A DNA stretch of 63,208 nt, filler included, from an uncultured Methanosarcinales archaeon (GCA_964492935.1; 3 parts of 3 records of this genome joined end to end with filler, not necessarily neighbours in it); one strand, 5' to 3'. Positions 47,961 to 59,139 are shown, counted from the first letter of the whole stretch. The notes: a model not told the origin generated them from the letters alone. Made by a program: numbers and translations.

Positions 47961-48110
47961 ATGGCAAAAACTAACGACATCTGCCGAGACTGCCTAAGAT
48001 GGGACCAACACGGATCCGACTGCTGGGTACACTGGGAAAAGAAGAAAGATTGTTCCTTACGTGCAACCACAAACGAAGAACTACAAGTCCCGATTTCTGC
48101 CATCAGATAA
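47961..48110 (+). CDS. Small Cys-rich protein, 49 aa, below ORF-track cutoff
   Basis: Hand translation MAKTNDICRDCLRWDQHGSDCWVHWEKKKDCSLRATTNEELQVPISAIR; TTTATAAA box upstream. Confidence 0.65.
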   Translation: MAKTNDICRDCLRWDQHGSDCWVHWEKKKDCSLRATTNEELQVPISAIR

Positions 48111-48159
48111 GTGCAAATATTAACTAAATGTTTAAAAAAGCCTACTCGCTACTAAGACA

Positions 48160-49215
48160 ATGATAACCCTAGATGGATCTCATGGAGAAGGCGGAGGTGC
48201 TTTAATTCGGACAGCATTAGCCCTCTCAACCGTTCTCAATAAACCATTCAAAGTCAGCAACATCCGCGCAAATAGACCGAAACCAGGATTGAAAGCACAA
48301 CATCTCACCGCAATCCAAGCATTAAAGCAAATGTGCAATGCTCGCGTCACCGGCTGCAAATTAGGATCTTCTGAAATCACCTTCGCACCAGAAAACATCA
48401 AAGCAGGCACCATCACCATCGACATCGGAACTGCAGGATCTATCACTCTACTCCTCCAATCATTAATCATTCCTGCACTACACGCACCCAAAAAAGTAAG
48501 ATTGAACATCACAGGCGGAACCGACGTCAGTTGGAGCCCCCAAATAGACTACTTTCGAAACATAGTTCTCCCCCATTTAAGACGTTATACTCAAGAGATA
48601 ACCGCAACCATCACCAAGCGCGGCTACTATCCTAAAGGCCAAGGAATGGTACAGGTACACATCACCCCTCACAAAAACCAACCTGCAATCACTGCAACAC
48701 AACAAGGCCACCTCATTATCGTTAAAGGCATCTCCCATGCATCTAATGACTTACAACAAGCACAAGTAGCAGAACGGCAGGCAAAAACTGCAAAACTAGC
48801 ACTCTCCCAACTCAAAGTACCGGTAGACATCCAAGCGACTTATGCAGAAACCGCATCAACCGGATCAGGAATCACCTGCTGGGCAGTCTTCTCAACAGAC
48901 AAAGACGACATCAGCTACGACCAACCCATTATCCTGGGAGCAGACATCCTAGGAGAGAAACAAAAGAAAGCAGAAACAGTAGGGAATGAATGCGCAAACC
49001 AATTACTCAAAGAAATAAAATCTGAAGCGCCAGTAGACTCACACCTAGCAGACCATCTCATTCCCTTTCTAGCACTCTATGGCGGAGAAATAAAAGTTGC
49101 AGAAATAACAGAACACACCAAGACCAACATCCATGTCTGCGAACAGTTCACGAACACCACATTCAAAATAGAAAATAATACAATTACCGCTAACCTACAA
49201 CCAAGTCAAGATTAA
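48160..49215 (+). CDS. rtcA: RNA 3'-terminal phosphate cyclase
   Basis: DGSHGEGGG, RPKPGL..QH, GGTD, RGYYP.G.G, VDSHLADHL. Confidence 0.95.
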   Translation: MITLDGSHGEGGGALIRTALALSTVLNKPFKVSNIRANRPKPGLKAQHLTAIQALKQMCNARVTGCKLGSSEITFAPENIKAGTITIDIGTAGSITLLLQSLIIPALHAPKKVRLNITGGTDVSWSPQIDYFRNIVLPHLRRYTQEITATITKRGYYPKGQGMVQVHITPHKNQPAITATQQGHLIIVKGISHASNDLQQAQVAERQAKTAKLALSQLKVPVDIQATYAETASTGSGITCWAVFSTDKDDISYDQPIILGADILGEKQKKAETVGNECANQLLKEIKSEAPVDSHLADHLIPFLALYGGEIKVAEITEHTKTNIHVCEQFTNTTFKIENNTITANLQPSQD

Positions 49216-50698
49216 TTCTTTCTAGGGTACCCTGCCAGACAGCAGTACCATGCGTTAACACACTACCTGAACTCTTATCCCAAACCTTGAACGTAACCGT
49301 CTCTCCAGCCGACATCCCTTCATCCACAGAAGTTGCAGCATCATCCGCATACACGTGCAAGAATCCATAATTGCCCGGAGAAGTCACAATAAACTTTCCC
49401 GCTAAATTACCAGCAGCATCAAAAGCAGCAACCTGATTACCAACTGAACTACCGGCACCAGCCACCGTCAAGCTACCATAATAACTCATCCAGCTGTTCG
49501 TAGGACTACTATCTGCAAAACCACTAGACTGAGTAGGTTCAGGCCCCGCTGGAGGTTCCTCGCTAGCCACGACCGCCAACACAAAAGAACTGCTTGCAAT
49601 AGCAACACCATCAAACGCAGTAACCGTGATCGTATACACGCCAATATCTCCTACAACAGGAACAAAACTGATTGCACCGGTAGCACTATCAACATCAATC
49701 AGCGAACTATCATCAGAATACACAATACTATCTCCTTCAGCATCCGTCGCCACAACCGTAAGATCAAAATGCTCACCAACCGTAGCCAGCTGATTACCAA
49801 CCGTAGCAATAACTGGAGCACTATTCTGCCCCGCAACCGCAGGAGCAGTAAGAGTAAGAGTAAAGGAACGTGAAAACGAAAGACTCCCATCCGATACCGT
49901 AACAGATACCGAGTGCGTACCCGCAGTCGAAGGAGTAAACTGAATTAATCCACTACTAGAAACTGCAAATAAAGCAGAGTTATCAGAAAACGCAATACTA
50001 TCTCCCTGAGCATCCGCAGCATTCAACTGTAAACTAAATAATTCTCCTACAACTGCTGTCTGATCCGAAACCACATTGAGTGTAGGTGCGGTATTCGTAG
50101 CAACCGGATCCACTGGCGTTACAACAGGAGCAACAACCTCCTCAACCGGAGCAATAACACCTTCACCCAACACCGAGACGACAAACAAATCATCGTACGC
50201 ATCAGAACCATCCGAAACCCGAATCGTCAACTCACTATAGCCAATCTTTCCAGCTTGAGCAGTACAATCAACATAACGACCAAAATCTATTTTACACGAA
50301 ACAACGCCCAAATCAGACTGCTTAACCAAACTAAATGAAAGTTCATTCTTCAAAACCCTTTCGTCATCGGTAAAAGAATACAAATCAACATAATTATTGT
50401 GAAATCCAGAATCCTGCTCCATCGTCTGATCCGGAACATCCAAGTCAAGTACACCATCCCCATCAGATGAAGATGAACTACGAGAGGACGAAGACCGACT
50501 ACGAATCGAATTAGTAATCGAACCAATGAACGTACTGTCATCAACACCTTCAGAAACCACCTCATCAACAACAGGCACGACACGCTGCACACCCTCCACA
50601 CTCCGCTGCTGCTCATACACAACAACCGTATTCCGAGCATCACAGCCAACTAAAAGTAGAACAAGAAAACCTATTACAAAAATAAAACTTTTATTCAT
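49190..50698 (-). CDS. Surface lipoprotein with cadherin/Ig-like domains
   Basis: LLVGC lipobox; N.AP...DA.GD..SD.S repeats. Confidence 0.8.
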   Translation of the reverse strand: MNKSFIFVIGFLVLLLVGCDARNTVVVYEQQRSVEGVQRVVPVVDEVVSEGVDDSTFIGSITNSIRSRSSSSRSSSSSDGDGVLDLDVPDQTMEQDSGFHNNYVDLYSFTDDERVLKNELSFSLVKQSDLGVVSCKIDFGRYVDCTAQAGKIGYSELTIRVSDGSDAYDDLFVVSVLGEGVIAPVEEVVAPVVTPVDPVATNTAPTLNVVSDQTAVVGELFSLQLNAADAQGDSIAFSDNSALFAVSSSGLIQFTPSTAGTHSVSVTVSDGSLSFSRSFTLTLTAPAVAGQNSAPVIATVGNQLATVGEHFDLTVVATDAEGDSIVYSDDSSLIDVDSATGAISFVPVVGDIGVYTITVTAFDGVAIASSSFVLAVVASEEPPAGPEPTQSSGFADSSPTNSWMSYYGSLTVAGAGSSVGNQVAAFDAAGNLAGKFIVTSPGNYGFLHVYADDAATSVDEGMSAGETVTFKVWDKSSGSVLTHGTAVWQGTLERINLDLVVG

Positions 50699-50715
50699 GA
50701 AATCCCCAATACTAG

Positions 50716-51903
50716 TTATTTGCGCGAGTAACCTGTCGCCATTTCGGACGCTCTCACCAAAACAGTAAGTCCGCGCCCAACCATCTCTCCAAATCGAGGA
50801 TGCTTGTCCATCAGTGCAATAATCTCAGGCGCACCCTTCTTATAATCAGCAATAAATTTTTCTCCCCTAGGAGTCTGACGAAGCGCCTCTTTTAATGCGT
50901 AAAGAGGGCCCAAAGCACTATGCTCTTCCCCGAAATAATGTGTAGCAGTGAAACAACTCCCTCCAGTGTCACCACCTCCTCCATCAGATGAAGGAGGTAC
51001 AGTAGTCGTAGGAACGGTAGTGGTGGTGGTAGTAGGCTCAGCAGCATTAGGACTAGCAGTAATAATAGAAGAAAATCGGCTACGAGTAGTAGCTCCCTGA
51101 GGATCAGTAGAAACTGCACGGTAAAAAAGGTTATAGCTGGAATCAGAATCTAAATCCTCAACAGGAACCTTTTTGGTCAAATCAGGAACTGAATGTCTAA
51201 CGCCCTGATTCTTGAAATCAGTTCCCTGCTTTACAACAAAAAGATCGTACGCAGTAACACCATTAACCTGTCGAAGCGTGACATCAAAGCTCTCGGCGCC
51301 TGCAACAACATCCTCTGCAACTAACGTGGGCGCGGTCACCGGTGAAAAAGCACTATCGATGCCCTCCTCAAGCGTACTTACCTCAGCAGTAGGAAGAATC
51401 AAGACCAATTGCTGATTATTAAATGCGGCAGCCTCCTGAACAGCAGCAATATCACTTGCAGTAGCTCCTGGTCCAAGATAAGTTACTATCTGCAATCCTC
51501 CAGTAGGAGAAAGATATTGTATGTCCACAGTGATATCCTGACGTACACCTTGGCTATCAATGTAAGAAACAATCGCATTAGAATCAAAATCTACAATGGT
51601 GCCACTATTTTCTAACATCCCAAACTTTGCATCCAAGGTAGTCTGAGCAGCAGCCTCACTCAGAAATGTATCCTGGGCATATGCTCCGGTCCCAATACCA
51701 TTTTCGGGAAGAATACCTGCAAGAGTAGTATTACTTTTTCTCAATGACTGAATCACATTATCAACAAAAACGCCAGCATTCAAAAGACACAGTCCTGCAA
51801 CCATAGGAACAAGCATGCGTCCGGGCGTAACAATACTATGCCGTACAGGCTGCTGTGAAGAAGATTCGTTTTCTACTAATTGTTGAATTGAGTGATCATC
51901 CAT
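50716..51903 (-). CDS. Exported protein with FN3-like domain, Thr linker and CFI-box-CTERM-like tail
   Basis: TM, LDSDSSYNLFYRAV FN3-like motif, PTTTTTTVP, GGSCFTAT...G..FI..Y. Confidence 0.7.
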   Translation of the reverse strand: MDDHSIQQLVENESSSQQPVRHSIVTPGRMLVPMVAGLCLLNAGVFVDNVIQSLRKSNTTLAGILPENGIGTGAYAQDTFLSEAAAQTTLDAKFGMLENSGTIVDFDSNAIVSYIDSQGVRQDITVDIQYLSPTGGLQIVTYLGPGATASDIAAVQEAAAFNNQQLVLILPTAEVSTLEEGIDSAFSPVTAPTLVAEDVVAGAESFDVTLRQVNGVTAYDLFVVKQGTDFKNQGVRHSVPDLTKKVPVEDLDSDSSYNLFYRAVSTDPQGATTRSRFSSIITASPNAAEPTTTTTTVPTTTVPPSSDGGGGDTGGSCFTATHYFGEEHSALGPLYALKEALRQTPRGEKFIADYKKGAPEIIALMDKHPRFGEMVGRGLTVLVRASEMATGYSRK

Positions 51904-51961
51904 AATTCTGTCCCCTACTCCTAAGGGGTGACTCCCAGTTTAAAAAACTTTGTATGAAGAT

Positions 51962-54900
51962 TTAGCTGATGACGACGGAAAGAGTGAGATTATTATTGGT
52001 TTCCACTCCCTCAACCAACTCATTGGAACGATCAATAGTACCCGTAACGAGGAAGTTACCTGCCGTTCCGAAAATAAATTTAGTGAAAACCGTGTAGCTT
52101 CTTCCAGGATCCAATATCGCAATAGGTCCAGCATCGTGGCCAATTCCCGGAACAGAAATATTCCAAATTGCGGGGCCACTTGGCGCTAAGCCCTTATTTC
52201 GCATCAAAAATCCGATCGTCACCTCATCTCCAGCAACTGGATTCGCCGGAGCCTGCTTCAATATAAAGGTAGCATTCAAATCAGGTAAATTAGTATTAAC
52301 ACAACCACATGCACTTGAACAAGTATCTACAGTGTTCACAATACCATCATCACAATCACTATCTTGTTCACATTCTGCACCACACGCAGTCGCATTACAC
52401 GTATGAGTAATCTCATCTGAAACCGTCCTACAACTATCTGCAGCCTCATCACACGTGCTTACGAAAGCAGCCCTGTAATCGAAAGTAAATGAATTCGCAT
52501 CAGGAACATTAGTACAAGTAGAGAGTAAAGGACTATTGCTGGCAACACAATCGATAACTGGACCAGCGCCACATCCAGCTAATCCACCACAAACCTCGAC
52601 ACCATTACAGAACAAACCGTCCGAACAGAAACTACTACCCGTCTCATCAGCATTTCCATCACAGTCGTTATCTAAACCATCACAATTATTCTCAGTTGCA
52701 CTGTAGCTAATATTGTGTGCCTCAAATTCAGAGTCTCCACACGCAGGGAAGATTCCATCCAAGCAAGACACCGTCGATCCAGAACACACTCCCTGCTGAT
52801 TATTACAGAGTTGGGTTTGTCCAGAGGTACATAAGGGTTGCACAACAACCGATTTTGAAACCAAGACAGATTGCTCAGAACCATCACTAGCAATTGCAGT
52901 AAAGTTCAAGACATCTCCAATACTTGTGAAATTAGACTCAAGTGACAATCCAACCGTAGTACCGTTCGGCACACCTTCTAACAATGAAGTCTTTGCCAAC
53001 GTCCCATTCACAAACCAAGTCAGCGTAACCGAACCTGCTTCATCATCCGCATCCGTGTACACGCTGGTACCCAGAACATCTGAAAATTGAATCGGTGAAG
53101 TGTTATTAATGACCGGAACCGACATCGAAGGAGCCGTATTCACAACAACCGTCGAATTACTCAAAGTATTTCCATCAACACTCCTGTCATTCACACTCAC
53201 ATCTACTCGAACCGTCTGGCCCTTGGAGTAAAAACCACTAATATTATTGAAGACCGGACCAGGTATCTCACTTAAGCCAGCTCGAGCAGTAGGGATAGTA
53301 TCATTCACCACACTCACATTATCTACAAACCATCTGAACGTTACGGAAGACGTATCACCATCCGCATCGCTAAAGTTCACAATAGCACCGATAACTTCCT
53401 GCGTCTGCAACGAAGTATCATTAAACCGCAATGCTACAAGCAACGGAGGAACATTTCCAATGGTAACGTTTGGACTATTAACAGCATCTCCAAATTCTGT
53501 ACCATCGTTAGGTGTAACTCTAAAGAACCATCTCTGCCCCTTGACGGTATTGGAAGCCGAAATCGTAGTCAAATTTTCCAATGCTAGAACATCTCCACCG
53601 TTCCTAAACCATTGAATCAACGTACCAGATGAAGCGTCTGAATCTGCATCCGTAAACACAAAAAGGGCATTCAAATTATCGGTAGCCGAAGCAGGGTTAG
53701 GATCAAGAGTGACATTAACTGCAACCGGAGCCGTATTACCAATCGTAACAACATTCGATTGAACCGCTACACCCAGCAAGTTCCCATCTTTAGGTCGAAC
53801 ACTAACATTCCACTGCTCGCCTCGAGAAGTATTCCCTGAGTCAATTCGAGTCAAGTTCTCAAGCAAAGTTTGCTCAACATTATCTTTAAACCATCTAATC
53901 AATGAACCTGATTCCGCATCTGAATCAATATCAGTAAACGTAAACGTAACATTAAGATCGTCCCCAGTTTTAGCATCTGAAGGCGCAACAACAGCATCAG
54001 CAGCACTCGGAGCTGTATTCGCAACCGTAAGCGTTGCACTCGTAGCAACCGTGGAAGGAACATCCCCATCAAACGACTGAACTGCAACCGAAATTGAATT
54101 TCCTTTAACATAGTTGGAAGCATCCAGTACCGAGCTCGCAACCGTACCGCTCGCAACCGAAGTAACATTCTGAACGAACACAACACCTCCATTGACACTC
54201 CAAGTAAAGATCACAAATGCAGCATCTCCGTCCGTATCAGCGTACGTAGTCGAAGCAGAAACATCTTCAAACGTTTGAACTGAACTATCATTAAACGTTG
54301 GAACCGTGACCGTACTTCGTACACCACCAATCGTGACCGTGTTTGAAGTAACTTCCGAACCAAACGCAGTCCCATCTCGTGGCGTAACCCGAGCATTCCA
54401 CTGTTCACCCTTAGCAGTATTGGCTGCAGCAACACTAGAAAAATTCTCCAAAGCATTCTGCTCACTCGAATCTTTAAACCATCTAATACGTGACCCAGAT
54501 TCTGCATCAGAATCTAGATCCGTAAAGATAAACGAAACATTAACAGCATCATCCGAGCTAGGCAACAAGGGAACCACAACAACTGCAGAAGCTACAGGAA
54601 CCGTATTAGCAACAGTAAGAATACCTGAATTAACAACCAATCCCGAAACACCGCCATCATTAGCCTGTACCGAAACATTAATCGTCTGGCCTTTCGTATA
54701 GTTACTTGAATCCAACACCGAGCTCCCTACATTTCCAGCAGCCACCGAAGTAACCGCATCCGTAAACACTAAACTACCCTCAACAAACCATCTGAACGTA
54801 ATCGTACCGACATCTCCATCAATATCATTGTACGTCGAGCTAGCAGAAACATCCTCAAACGTCTGCACCGAAGAATCATTAAACACAGGGACCGAAACCA

Positions 54901-57900
54901 CAGGAGCCGTGCTTCCAATCGTTACACTACCAGATTGCACCTCTCCGCCTAGTTCAAATCCATCTCGCGGTCGAACTCTAAAGAACCACACTTCATCTCG
55001 AGCCGTATTACTACCAGCAACCACACTCAAATTCTCAAGTGCAGTCTGTTCCTGGTTATCCTTAAACCATCTAATCAATGAACCCGATTCTGCATCTGAA
55101 TCCGCATCACTATACGTAAACGTAGCATTCAAATCATCAACCGTCTGCGGCTGCACCGGTGCAATAGCAACATCTGCAGCACTAGGAGCCGTATTAACAA
55201 TAACAAAGGAAACCGAATTTACAACAGCACTTGAAACAGAACCATCATTCGCCTCAACCGAAACATTAACCGTCTGGCCCTTAGTATAATTACTTGCATC
55301 TAATACCGAAGTACCTTCTGCATCAGCAGCAACATTCACAACATCAGTGAATACAAGAGAGGAATCAACAAACCATCGGAACGTCAACGTACCAGCTTCC
55401 GCATCTGCATCCGTATACTCTGAGAACGCCGAAATATCCTCGGTAGTCTGTACCGAACTGTCATTAAACGTAGGCTGATCGACCGTTGGAGCCGTATTAG
55501 CAATCGTAACTGTGTTCGAAGTAACCTCGACACCAAATCCAACTCCGTCATTAGGGGTAACCCGAGCGTTCCATTCCTGGCCCTCTGCCGTATTAAGCCC
55601 ACTCACCGAACTCACATTCTCAAGAGCAGTTTGCTCAACAGAATCCTTAAACCATCTAATCAATGAACCCGATTCCAAATCAGAATCGATATCCGTAAAC
55701 GTAAACGAAACATTGAGAGCATCCGTTGTAACAGGAGTTGCCGGAACCACAACAACCGTTGAAGCAACCGGAACCGTATTAACAATTGTCAAGAGAGCAG
55801 AATTAACTGCATTACCATCCGCATCACCATCATTCGGAGTAACGGAAACAGTAACAAGATCTGTTCTACTGTAATTAGTACCATCTAATACCGAACTACC
55901 TACATTTCCAGCTGCAACATTAACAACATCCGTGAACACTAAAGAAGAATTAACAAACCATCTAAATGTTAGCGTACCAGCATCCGCATCCACATCAGCA
56001 TACGTCGACGAAGCAGAAACATCCTCAAACGTCTGTAAGGTAGTATCATTAAAGCTTATCGCCGAAGCCGAGGGACCCGCATTCACAATAGTAACCGTAT
56101 TTGAAGTTCTCTCAATACCCAACAAATTACCATCTCGAGGCGTAACCCGAGCGTTCCATTGCTGACCTTCAGCAGTTTGAGCAGAAGACACATTACTCAC
56201 ATTTTCAAGCGCAGTCTGCTCATTTGAATCCTTAAACCATCGAATTCGCGAACCCGATTCAGCATCCGAATCAATATCGAAGTAATCAAACGAAACCCCA
56301 AGATTGCTAGAAGTATCTGGACTAGCAGGCGAAACAACCACATTCGAAGCATTAGGAGCCGTATTAGCAATCACAAACGTAGCCGAATTAACAGTTGCAC
56401 TGTCCAATCCACCATCATTTCCGGTAACCGAGACATTAACCAACTGTCCTTTGCTGTAATTGGTATTTGATAAGGTAGATCCAGCAGCCCTACCCACTCC
56501 ATTGATATTATTGACCACATCTGTAAACACCGGAGTGGAATCAACAAACCATCGGAACGTCACACTACCTTCATCCACATCCACATCAGCATAAATCGAA
56601 GAAGCATTCACATCCTCCAACGTCTGAACACTAGAATCATTAAACGTAACCACAGAAACAGTAGGCGCAGTCGAAGCAATAGTAACCGTAGCACTCGTAA
56701 CACTAGCACCAAATTCTAACCCATCAAAAGGCGTAACCGTAATTTTCCATTCCTGTCCCTTAGAAGTATTGCCACTTCCAACCGTAGTAATATTCTCCAG
56801 CGATGTCTGCTCAACATCATCTTTAAACCATTGAATCCGCGTTCCCGCATTAGCATCTCCATCACCATCAATAAACACGAAATTAGCCCCCAAATCATTC
56901 GAAGTTACAGCACCCCCTGGAGTTACCGAAACACCCGCAACACTCGGCGGAGCATTGATGTTAATTTGAGCTATAGGAGTTGTAACATTAACCGTAGTAG
57001 AATAATTAGTAAAGAATGCAAACGATTCACCTTGTGTCCCGTTAGCAACAACATTCCACGTCGTATCACAAGTATCACCTGGCTTAATCGAAACTAAACA
57101 ACCCGAAACTTCTGGATTCGTAGAAGTTGTAAAGAAAGGATTTCCACTATTTTCGGGAATCAAACCCTTAGCAACAAGCGACTGTATCGTTGCAAAGATA
57201 ATCGCAGCGTCCTGATTACTTCTAACCCAGTATCCACGACCAGCTTCAAGAGCCTCAAAATCATCTGCACTCCCCCAGCCCTCATCAGCATCATGGCGTG
57301 CAACATCATATTGTTTCGAGGAAGCATCATAACGATAAATAGCATTAACCGCATCTCGCGGCTCAACCAACATAGCAACATCATTCAATCCATTCTGTGA
57401 CAAACTCAAAGGAACAGCAATCAAATTCCAACCCGGCTTCAAAGCAAGTGTATCCATTGCAGCTTCCTCGCCCTCAACCCGCAACGTAGCAGGCTCACTC
57501 ATCTTCACCCAGTACCCTTGGCGAGGATCAAGTGCAGTCAAATCACTAAATAGCCGCAAACGCGGATCGTATACCTTTGCACCCTCTGAATCAAAACCAG
57601 CAACAACCGTGTATTTTCTATCAATAGACGCCAGCATGTCCTCAATCCCTTTTCCTTCCGAAGTAACCGGAAGAGAAATTAAATTCCAATCCTTCTCCAA
57701 AGAGATATCAAATGATGTAGTGCGAGGATCCAATAAAGCAACAACATTAACACATTCCCCGCCGCTACACGTAGCTCGAGTCGTAAACGTAAAATTCTGA
57801 TCATTAATAACCGTAGCATTAGCACTCAACATAAACGCATTCACCGATCCAAAGGCAATCGACCAAGCATCACTAATAACACTACTACTTCCCGACGTAT

Positions 57901-59131
57901 CAGTACACGTAGCAGTCAAATTCCAATCACCCGAATCAGAGATAGGAATATTCTGAGTAAGCGTAAACACATCACCTACCTTGGAAGTAGCATTAGCAGC
58001 ATTCGCAATAACTGCATTATCAAATACATTTCTCAACACATAACCAACAGATGCAATATCCTTGTCAGCATCGGAACAAGTAATTTTGATAGCACTAAGA
58101 GTATCATTAAAGAGTGTATTCCCACAATCTTCAAATCCAGAACCACGATTACACAACAAAGCAGAAGCACTAGGAACCGTATTACCAATAGTGACCGTAT
58201 TCGATACAACTTCACTACCTAAACCACGACCATCTCGAGGTCTGACTTTAGCCTGCCATTCCTGCCCTTTTGCAGTATTCGCAGAACCAACCGTAGTTAA
58301 ATTCTCAAATGCAACCTGCTCAACCGAATCAGTAAACCATCGAATAAGTGATCCAGCCTGAGCATCCGAATCCTCATCGAAATACGAAAAAGAAACCGTA
58401 AGATCCTGACCTGTTCCAGGAGATGCAGGCGCAACAACAACATTCGATGCAACCGGCAACGTATTCACAACAGTAAGAGTAGCACTATCCCGACTAATAT
58501 CATATTCACCATCACTAGCAAGCACCGTAACCTTAAGACTATCCGAAACACCAAACCGAGAAGCATCAAAAACAGAGGTAAGAGAAGTAACATTAGCAAC
58601 CGAACCAAACGATTGATTAAACACATTAACCGAGTTCACAAACCACTGAAACACAACCGTTCCAGCAACCCCTTCCAAATCACCATACGTCGAAGAAGCA
58701 GAAACATCAGCAAAACTCGCAGGTGAACTATCATTAAACACAACCGCACTCAACGTAGGAAATGCATTCAAAGTAATATTAACATTATTGACCTCGGTAA
58801 TATCGCCCGTTTTCGTAGGCAACACCAATAAAATCCGACCAATATGAGTCCCATTCGTGGCATTCATCGAAATGTGATGCCCCTCTAACCCAATAATAGC
58901 CGTACTATACAATCCTAAACTAAAAAACGTATTTGTAGTAGCATTCTCAGAACGATTGATATTAAACAAGTTGACAATCTTATCAGCGCCCACCGAATTT
59001 CCATCAGAATTAGTAACAAATCCAGTAAGAGAGAAACTAGTAGGAAGATCCTCGGCAAATACTACTCCTATCAGGAGCAACGCCACCACTGCTACGATAA
59101 TCAACTTTTTCACCTGATTTTTTCTCCACAC
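51962..59131 (-). CDS. Giant surface glycoprotein (2389 aa) with about 16 Ig-like repeats, GWNL/GYW modules, Cys-rich region and CARDB-like C-terminus
   Basis: Signal peptide; repeated N.AP...D.D.D...RWF...DG units; CDGLDNDCDG; terminal PDL...E..ETNN. Confidence 0.88.
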   Translation of the reverse strand: MWRKNQVKKLIIVAVVALLLIGVVFAEDLPTSFSLTGFVTNSDGNSVGADKIVNLFNINRSENATTNTFFSLGLYSTAIIGLEGHHISMNATNGTHIGRILLVLPTKTGDITEVNNVNITLNAFPTLSAVVFNDSSPASFADVSASSTYGDLEGVAGTVVFQWFVNSVNVFNQSFGSVANVTSLTSVFDASRFGVSDSLKVTVLASDGEYDISRDSATLTVVNTLPVASNVVVAPASPGTGQDLTVSFSYFDEDSDAQAGSLIRWFTDSVEQVAFENLTTVGSANTAKGQEWQAKVRPRDGRGLGSEVVSNTVTIGNTVPSASALLCNRGSGFEDCGNTLFNDTLSAIKITCSDADKDIASVGYVLRNVFDNAVIANAANATSKVGDVFTLTQNIPISDSGDWNLTATCTDTSGSSSVISDAWSIAFGSVNAFMLSANATVINDQNFTFTTRATCSGGECVNVVALLDPRTTSFDISLEKDWNLISLPVTSEGKGIEDMLASIDRKYTVVAGFDSEGAKVYDPRLRLFSDLTALDPRQGYWVKMSEPATLRVEGEEAAMDTLALKPGWNLIAVPLSLSQNGLNDVAMLVEPRDAVNAIYRYDASSKQYDVARHDADEGWGSADDFEALEAGRGYWVRSNQDAAIIFATIQSLVAKGLIPENSGNPFFTTSTNPEVSGCLVSIKPGDTCDTTWNVVANGTQGESFAFFTNYSTTVNVTTPIAQININAPPSVAGVSVTPGGAVTSNDLGANFVFIDGDGDANAGTRIQWFKDDVEQTSLENITTVGSGNTSKGQEWKITVTPFDGLEFGASVTSATVTIASTAPTVSVVTFNDSSVQTLEDVNASSIYADVDVDEGSVTFRWFVDSTPVFTDVVNNINGVGRAAGSTLSNTNYSKGQLVNVSVTGNDGGLDSATVNSATFVIANTAPNASNVVVSPASPDTSSNLGVSFDYFDIDSDAESGSRIRWFKDSNEQTALENVSNVSSAQTAEGQQWNARVTPRDGNLLGIERTSNTVTIVNAGPSASAISFNDTTLQTFEDVSASSTYADVDADAGTLTFRWFVNSSLVFTDVVNVAAGNVGSSVLDGTNYSRTDLVTVSVTPNDGDADGNAVNSALLTIVNTVPVASTVVVVPATPVTTDALNVSFTFTDIDSDLESGSLIRWFKDSVEQTALENVSSVSGLNTAEGQEWNARVTPNDGVGFGVEVTSNTVTIANTAPTVDQPTFNDSSVQTTEDISAFSEYTDADAEAGTLTFRWFVDSSLVFTDVVNVAADAEGTSVLDASNYTKGQTVNVSVEANDGSVSSAVVNSVSFVIVNTAPSAADVAIAPVQPQTVDDLNATFTYSDADSDAESGSLIRWFKDNQEQTALENLSVVAGSNTARDEVWFFRVRPRDGFELGGEVQSGSVTIGSTAPVVSVPVFNDSSVQTFEDVSASSTYNDIDGDVGTITFRWFVEGSLVFTDAVTSVAAGNVGSSVLDSSNYTKGQTINVSVQANDGGVSGLVVNSGILTVANTVPVASAVVVVPLLPSSDDAVNVSFIFTDLDSDAESGSRIRWFKDSSEQNALENFSSVAAANTAKGEQWNARVTPRDGTAFGSEVTSNTVTIGGVRSTVTVPTFNDSSVQTFEDVSASTTYADTDGDAAFVIFTWSVNGGVVFVQNVTSVASGTVASSVLDASNYVKGNSISVAVQSFDGDVPSTVATSATLTVANTAPSAADAVVAPSDAKTGDDLNVTFTFTDIDSDAESGSLIRWFKDNVEQTLLENLTRIDSGNTSRGEQWNVSVRPKDGNLLGVAVQSNVVTIGNTAPVAVNVTLDPNPASATDNLNALFVFTDADSDASSGTLIQWFRNGGDVLALENLTTISASNTVKGQRWFFRVTPNDGTEFGDAVNSPNVTIGNVPPLLVALRFNDTSLQTQEVIGAIVNFSDADGDTSSVTFRWFVDNVSVVNDTIPTARAGLSEIPGPVFNNISGFYSKGQTVRVDVSVNDRSVDGNTLSNSTVVVNTAPSMSVPVINNTSPIQFSDVLGTSVYTDADDEAGSVTLTWFVNGTLAKTSLLEGVPNGTTVGLSLESNFTSIGDVLNFTAIASDGSEQSVLVSKSVVVQPLCTSGQTQLCNNQQGVCSGSTVSCLDGIFPACGDSEFEAHNISYSATENNCDGLDNDCDGNADETGSSFCSDGLFCNGVEVCGGLAGCGAGPVIDCVASNSPLLSTCTNVPDANSFTFDYRAAFVSTCDEAADSCRTVSDEITHTCNATACGAECEQDSDCDDGIVNTVDTCSSACGCVNTNLPDLNATFILKQAPANPVAGDEVTIGFLMRNKGLAPSGPAIWNISVPGIGHDAGPIAILDPGRSYTVFTKFIFGTAGNFLVTGTIDRSNELVEGVETNNNLTLSVVIS

Positions 59132-59139
59132 CCCTTTTT

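Noticed and set aside
52850..56960. DNA repeats in the giant gene as a CRISPR array or DGR template/variable repeats
   Set aside because: They are in-frame degenerate protein-domain repeats; no reverse transcriptase nearby and no adenine-specific pattern noticed.
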